In this document: piece after piece, positions 60,848 to 64,000 of the stretch
Numbering within the stretch: the first letter of the stretch is position 1
Layout: every line of letters begins with the position of its first letter
NCBI RefSeq assembly: GCF_001194135.2
Contig: NC_068988.1
Coordinates: 57,739,300 to 57,803,299, forward strand
Direction of reading: 5' to 3'
DNA from: Octopus bimaculoides
Lineage: Eukaryota
DNA: 64,000 nucleotides
Notes under the pieces: generated by a model
What the model was told of the DNA's origin: nothing
Databases searched by the model: none
Seen by the model: only the letters and a program-made list of their open reading frames with translations
Position numbers and translations under genes: made by a program

Positions 60848-61271
60848 ACTTTTTCAGTTTTTCCGAGCAACAAACTAACACACTTGCTTATTGTTCATGC
60901 ACCTGTTTTTGTCTTTTGTTTTTCTATAAATTTCAACTTAATATGTAAATTCCTGATCTAAGAACTTGTCACCCAGAATGCCGTAATTCTGAAAATCACA
61001 TATATGTGTGTGTGTGGGTGTGTGTGTGTATACATTTAGTGTGGGGGCCTTATAAAAAGGGGGGAATGGCAAACTCAAGGGCTGCCCCAGAAGGCATACA
61101 CTCTAGCTATGCCAGCGACAAGATTTGAACTCAGAATGCAAAGAGCTGGAATAAATACTACAAGGAGTTTTGTTTGATTCCTTTATGATTCTGCTAATCC
61201 CCTGCTTTAATCCTTTAATGCTGTTGTATTATATTTAATAAGAGAAAACACAAAATCAGAATCGCAAGAGG

Positions 61272-61458
61272 GAAGGGAGCAGTAGAAGAAGAAAACCAGA
61301 GAAGACATAAGCGGAAGTGGTGAAAGCTATTCACAGGATATTGAATTTCAGGAAGGACATGACAAGTGACCTTGACAAGTAGAGACATGCTGTGTTGGTG
61401 AAGACCCATCCAACCCATGCAAGTATAGAAAAACAAATATAACATAACGGTGATGTTA
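61272..61458 (+). pseudogene. RTE LINE extreme 3' end (ORF end plus tail)
   Basis: EGSSRRRKPEKT*AEVVKAIHRILNFRKDMTSDLDK*RHAVLVKT matches RTE G.R.RGRP.K.W...V..D......D...WR; ends CCATCCAACCCATGCAAGTATAGAAAA...GGTGATG like the SINE-A tail. Confidence 0.75.
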
Positions 61459-63445
61459 TGATCATATATACACATGCACATACTCATACATACATACCTA
61501 CAAAGAAATATGTAAAATGTAATGATACACACACACACTTATGTTCTAAAGAGACATGTTCACACAGAACATAAATGCAGGGGAGCAATATCGAGAATAA
61601 CTACCCGAAATTGCAAGGATAATCTGGATCTCGACTGAAGAAAGAAAACACAGAATGACCTGTCCGTGTTTTCTTTGTATCGTCCATCTGAATGTTTTGT
61701 CCCTTTCTTGTATCACCTAACTGTCTGTATGTTTTGCGTTCTTGTCCCATTCTGTATTATTTATATACATATATATACCTATATGTATGCACACAGCAGC
61801 ACAAACACACATTTAAAAACTCCAGGAACTGCCTTGACTCAGAAAGTCTTGTCACTTTGTTAGCGATCATCTTGAATGCCAATCTCAAAGAAAAACGTAC
61901 AAACATAAACACATAACACATAGTCATATAATTTATTAGTGTTGCATTTTTTTTCTTTGAACTATAGAATTTTAAAATAAAGTAATTAAGATTTTTTTTT
62001 TTAAACAAGAAAATCTCTCCTATATACTACCCCAAATAAATGAATAATAAATTATTTAATTGTATAATTTGATTACAAGTGAAATTCATTTCCTACAAAT
62101 TTTGATTTAGGTGTTTTAGATCAAAGAATATCTTTTAGGTTAAACTAGTTTTCCAATAAAGTTTCAGTTTGTACATGTGTGTGAGTGTGTGTGAGTGTGT
62201 GTGAGTGTGTGTGTGTGTGAGTGTGGGTGGGTGTGTATATGCACGTGTGTGTGTGTGTGTGTATGTGTGCGTTTGCTCTGTGTATGAGTGTGTGGGTGTA
62301 TATATGTGTGCAAGATTCTGTGTATGTGTGTTTCTATGTGTATGTGTGTGTATGTGTACATGTGTGTATGTGTATGTGTGCATGCATATGCATGCGTGCA
62401 TGCTTCTGTATGTGTATGTGTGTGCATATGCTTCTCTGTATGTGTATTTGTGCTTGTGCTTCTGTGAATGTGCGTGTGTGTGTGTACACGTAGTTCTCTG
62501 TGTGTGTATGCATATGTGTGTGTATGCATGTGTGTGTGTATGTGAGTGCATGCGTACTTCTTTGTGTGTATATGTGTGTGTGTGTGCGTGTGTGTATGTG
62601 TGTGTGTGTGTATGCGTGCGCATATGACTAACTGAATAGTTGTAGGTCTGTGAGTATGTACTGGTGTGCGTGGACGTGTATATGAATGCATATTTGTATA
62701 TGCGTGTATGTGTATGTGTGGGAGTTTAAAAGTATGCAAGAGTGTTTGGTTGTATGAATGAATGAGTGTGTCTTCCGTGTGTGTGTATGAGGGTGTGTAA
62801 GAATGTATGAGTGCGTGAGTGTATGTGCCTGAGCATCTGCATGTGTGGATGTATGTGTGAGTGTATGTACAGAGATAAAGTACATCAGAATGTATGTGTG
62901 TGTATGTGTGCATGCGCGTGTGAGTGTGTGTGTGTGCATGTGTGCACACACAAGACTATGTGTGTGTAAAATGTCTGTCTCAATTTCATTGTAAGTCACT
63001 GCATAATCAATACAAAATCAATCAGAAAGTTGGAACACTAAATTTTTCATGTATTGATCTTCATAAAAGAAAACACATTCTTTATCAGTAATATTGTTGT
63101 TGTTCTGATTGTTGCTCTATTTCCAGTTTTTTATTTTTTATTTTTAAAAATTTTTCTCTCTCTTCAACGTTACCAAGATTACCTTAGGTGTATGGAATCT
63201 GATACAAGCTGGTAAGGAAAAAAAAAAAAATTTGGTAAGGAAAGTAGGTAGGGTTTCTTATAATAGCACGAGCATCTCAAGAGAAGAAAATAAAACTTAA
63301 GGAAGAGAGCTTGAGACGTAGACAAATGTGAAATAACTACCTCGCTGACAGGCTGACGGTTGAATGGACGGGTGGATGGAAAAACTAACCGGGTAAATTG
63401 ATCATACACAGCTGTCTCATGCTATGTCAGAATAGTTTGAGGAGC

Positions 63446-63670
63446 GAGCTGGCAGAAACGTTAGCATGCCGGGCGAAATGCTTAGCGGTATTTCGTCTGC
63501 CGCTACGTTCTGAGTTCAAATTCCGCCGAGGTCGACTTTGCCTTTCATCCTTTCGGGGTCGATTAAATAAGTACCAGTTACGCACTGGGGTCGATACAAT
63601 CGACCTAATTCCTTTGTTTGTCCTTGTTTGTCCCCTTTGTGCTTAGCCCCTTGTGGGTAGTGAAGAAATA
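63446..63670 (+). mobile_element. SINE-C, young full-length insertion with TSD
   Basis: CpGs intact; direct repeat AGAATAGTTTGAGGAGC at 63429-63445 and 63671-63687. Confidence 0.95.
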
Positions 63671-63884
63671 AGAATAGTTTGAGGAGCAGATGCAGACATG
63701 ACTGTGCTGGTTGAAACGTTCAGTTTGCAGCCATTGAGTTTCAGGTTCAATCCCACAGTATGGCTGTTTGGACTTGTGTTTACTATTTATAGCCTCAAGT
63801 TGGCCAATGCTTTGTTAGTGATACTTTGGTAGGTGGAAACTGTACAGGAACAAGGCATGTATGTGTAAGTACAAGTGTGCGCAT

Positions 63885-63922
<38 letters not shown>

Positions 63923-64000
63923 ACACACACATATAAAATTGAGTGGACAAACAAAAGACAGAGATAAGTTTCAGGGACATGCCTAAGTTGCATGGGGCCA

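Noticed and set aside
61040-61115. TAGCTATGCCAGCG as a MITE terminus
   Set aside because: No matching left TIR or TSD found.
61635-61670. CTGAAGA...GAATGAC possible ribozyme
   Set aside because: No stem II complementarity and no GAAA. Likewise the CTGATGAG at 2403-2410(-) and CTGAAGA at 55119 lack the remaining elements.

Overview
Eukaryotic, AT-rich, gapped draft-assembly window dominated by microsatellites and interspersed repeats. The repeat repertoire and (CA)/(TA)/(TACA) density look like a coleoid cephalopod, probably Octopus; this is inference, no database was consulted. Nearly all listed long ORFs are microsatellite or N-gap artefacts. I can name no host gene, only four low-confidence splice-bounded exon candidates. 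Supported content: at least 7 SINE-like families (my labels A-H) that share modules; decayed autonomous elements (Penelope RT, three RTE pieces, HERO-type and two R4/Dong-type RLE LINE 3' ends, Ty3/gypsy gag, a DD37D maT transposon, a mariner with ~150-bp TIRs); MITEs (two hAT, piggyBac-like, Tc1/mariner, Helentron-like); a 19-bp minisatellite, an 87-bp higher-order repeat, an interstitial (TTAGGG)n and a ~1 kb (TTC)n tract. Best leads: (1) three unrelated minimal hammerhead-ribozyme-like motifs of the Penelope/retrozyme type; (2) a 19-bp satellite that seems to have grown inside a gypsy LTR; (3) strong, opposite, family-specific strand bias of two SINE families plus nearby inverted SINE pairs (possible ADAR substrates); (4) a strongly splice-bounded, frame-symmetric 114-nt exon candidate interrupted by one UAG that A-to-I editing could convert to Trp. 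No rRNA, true tRNA gene or CRISPR array was found. SINE boundaries are approximate (+/-10-20 bp).
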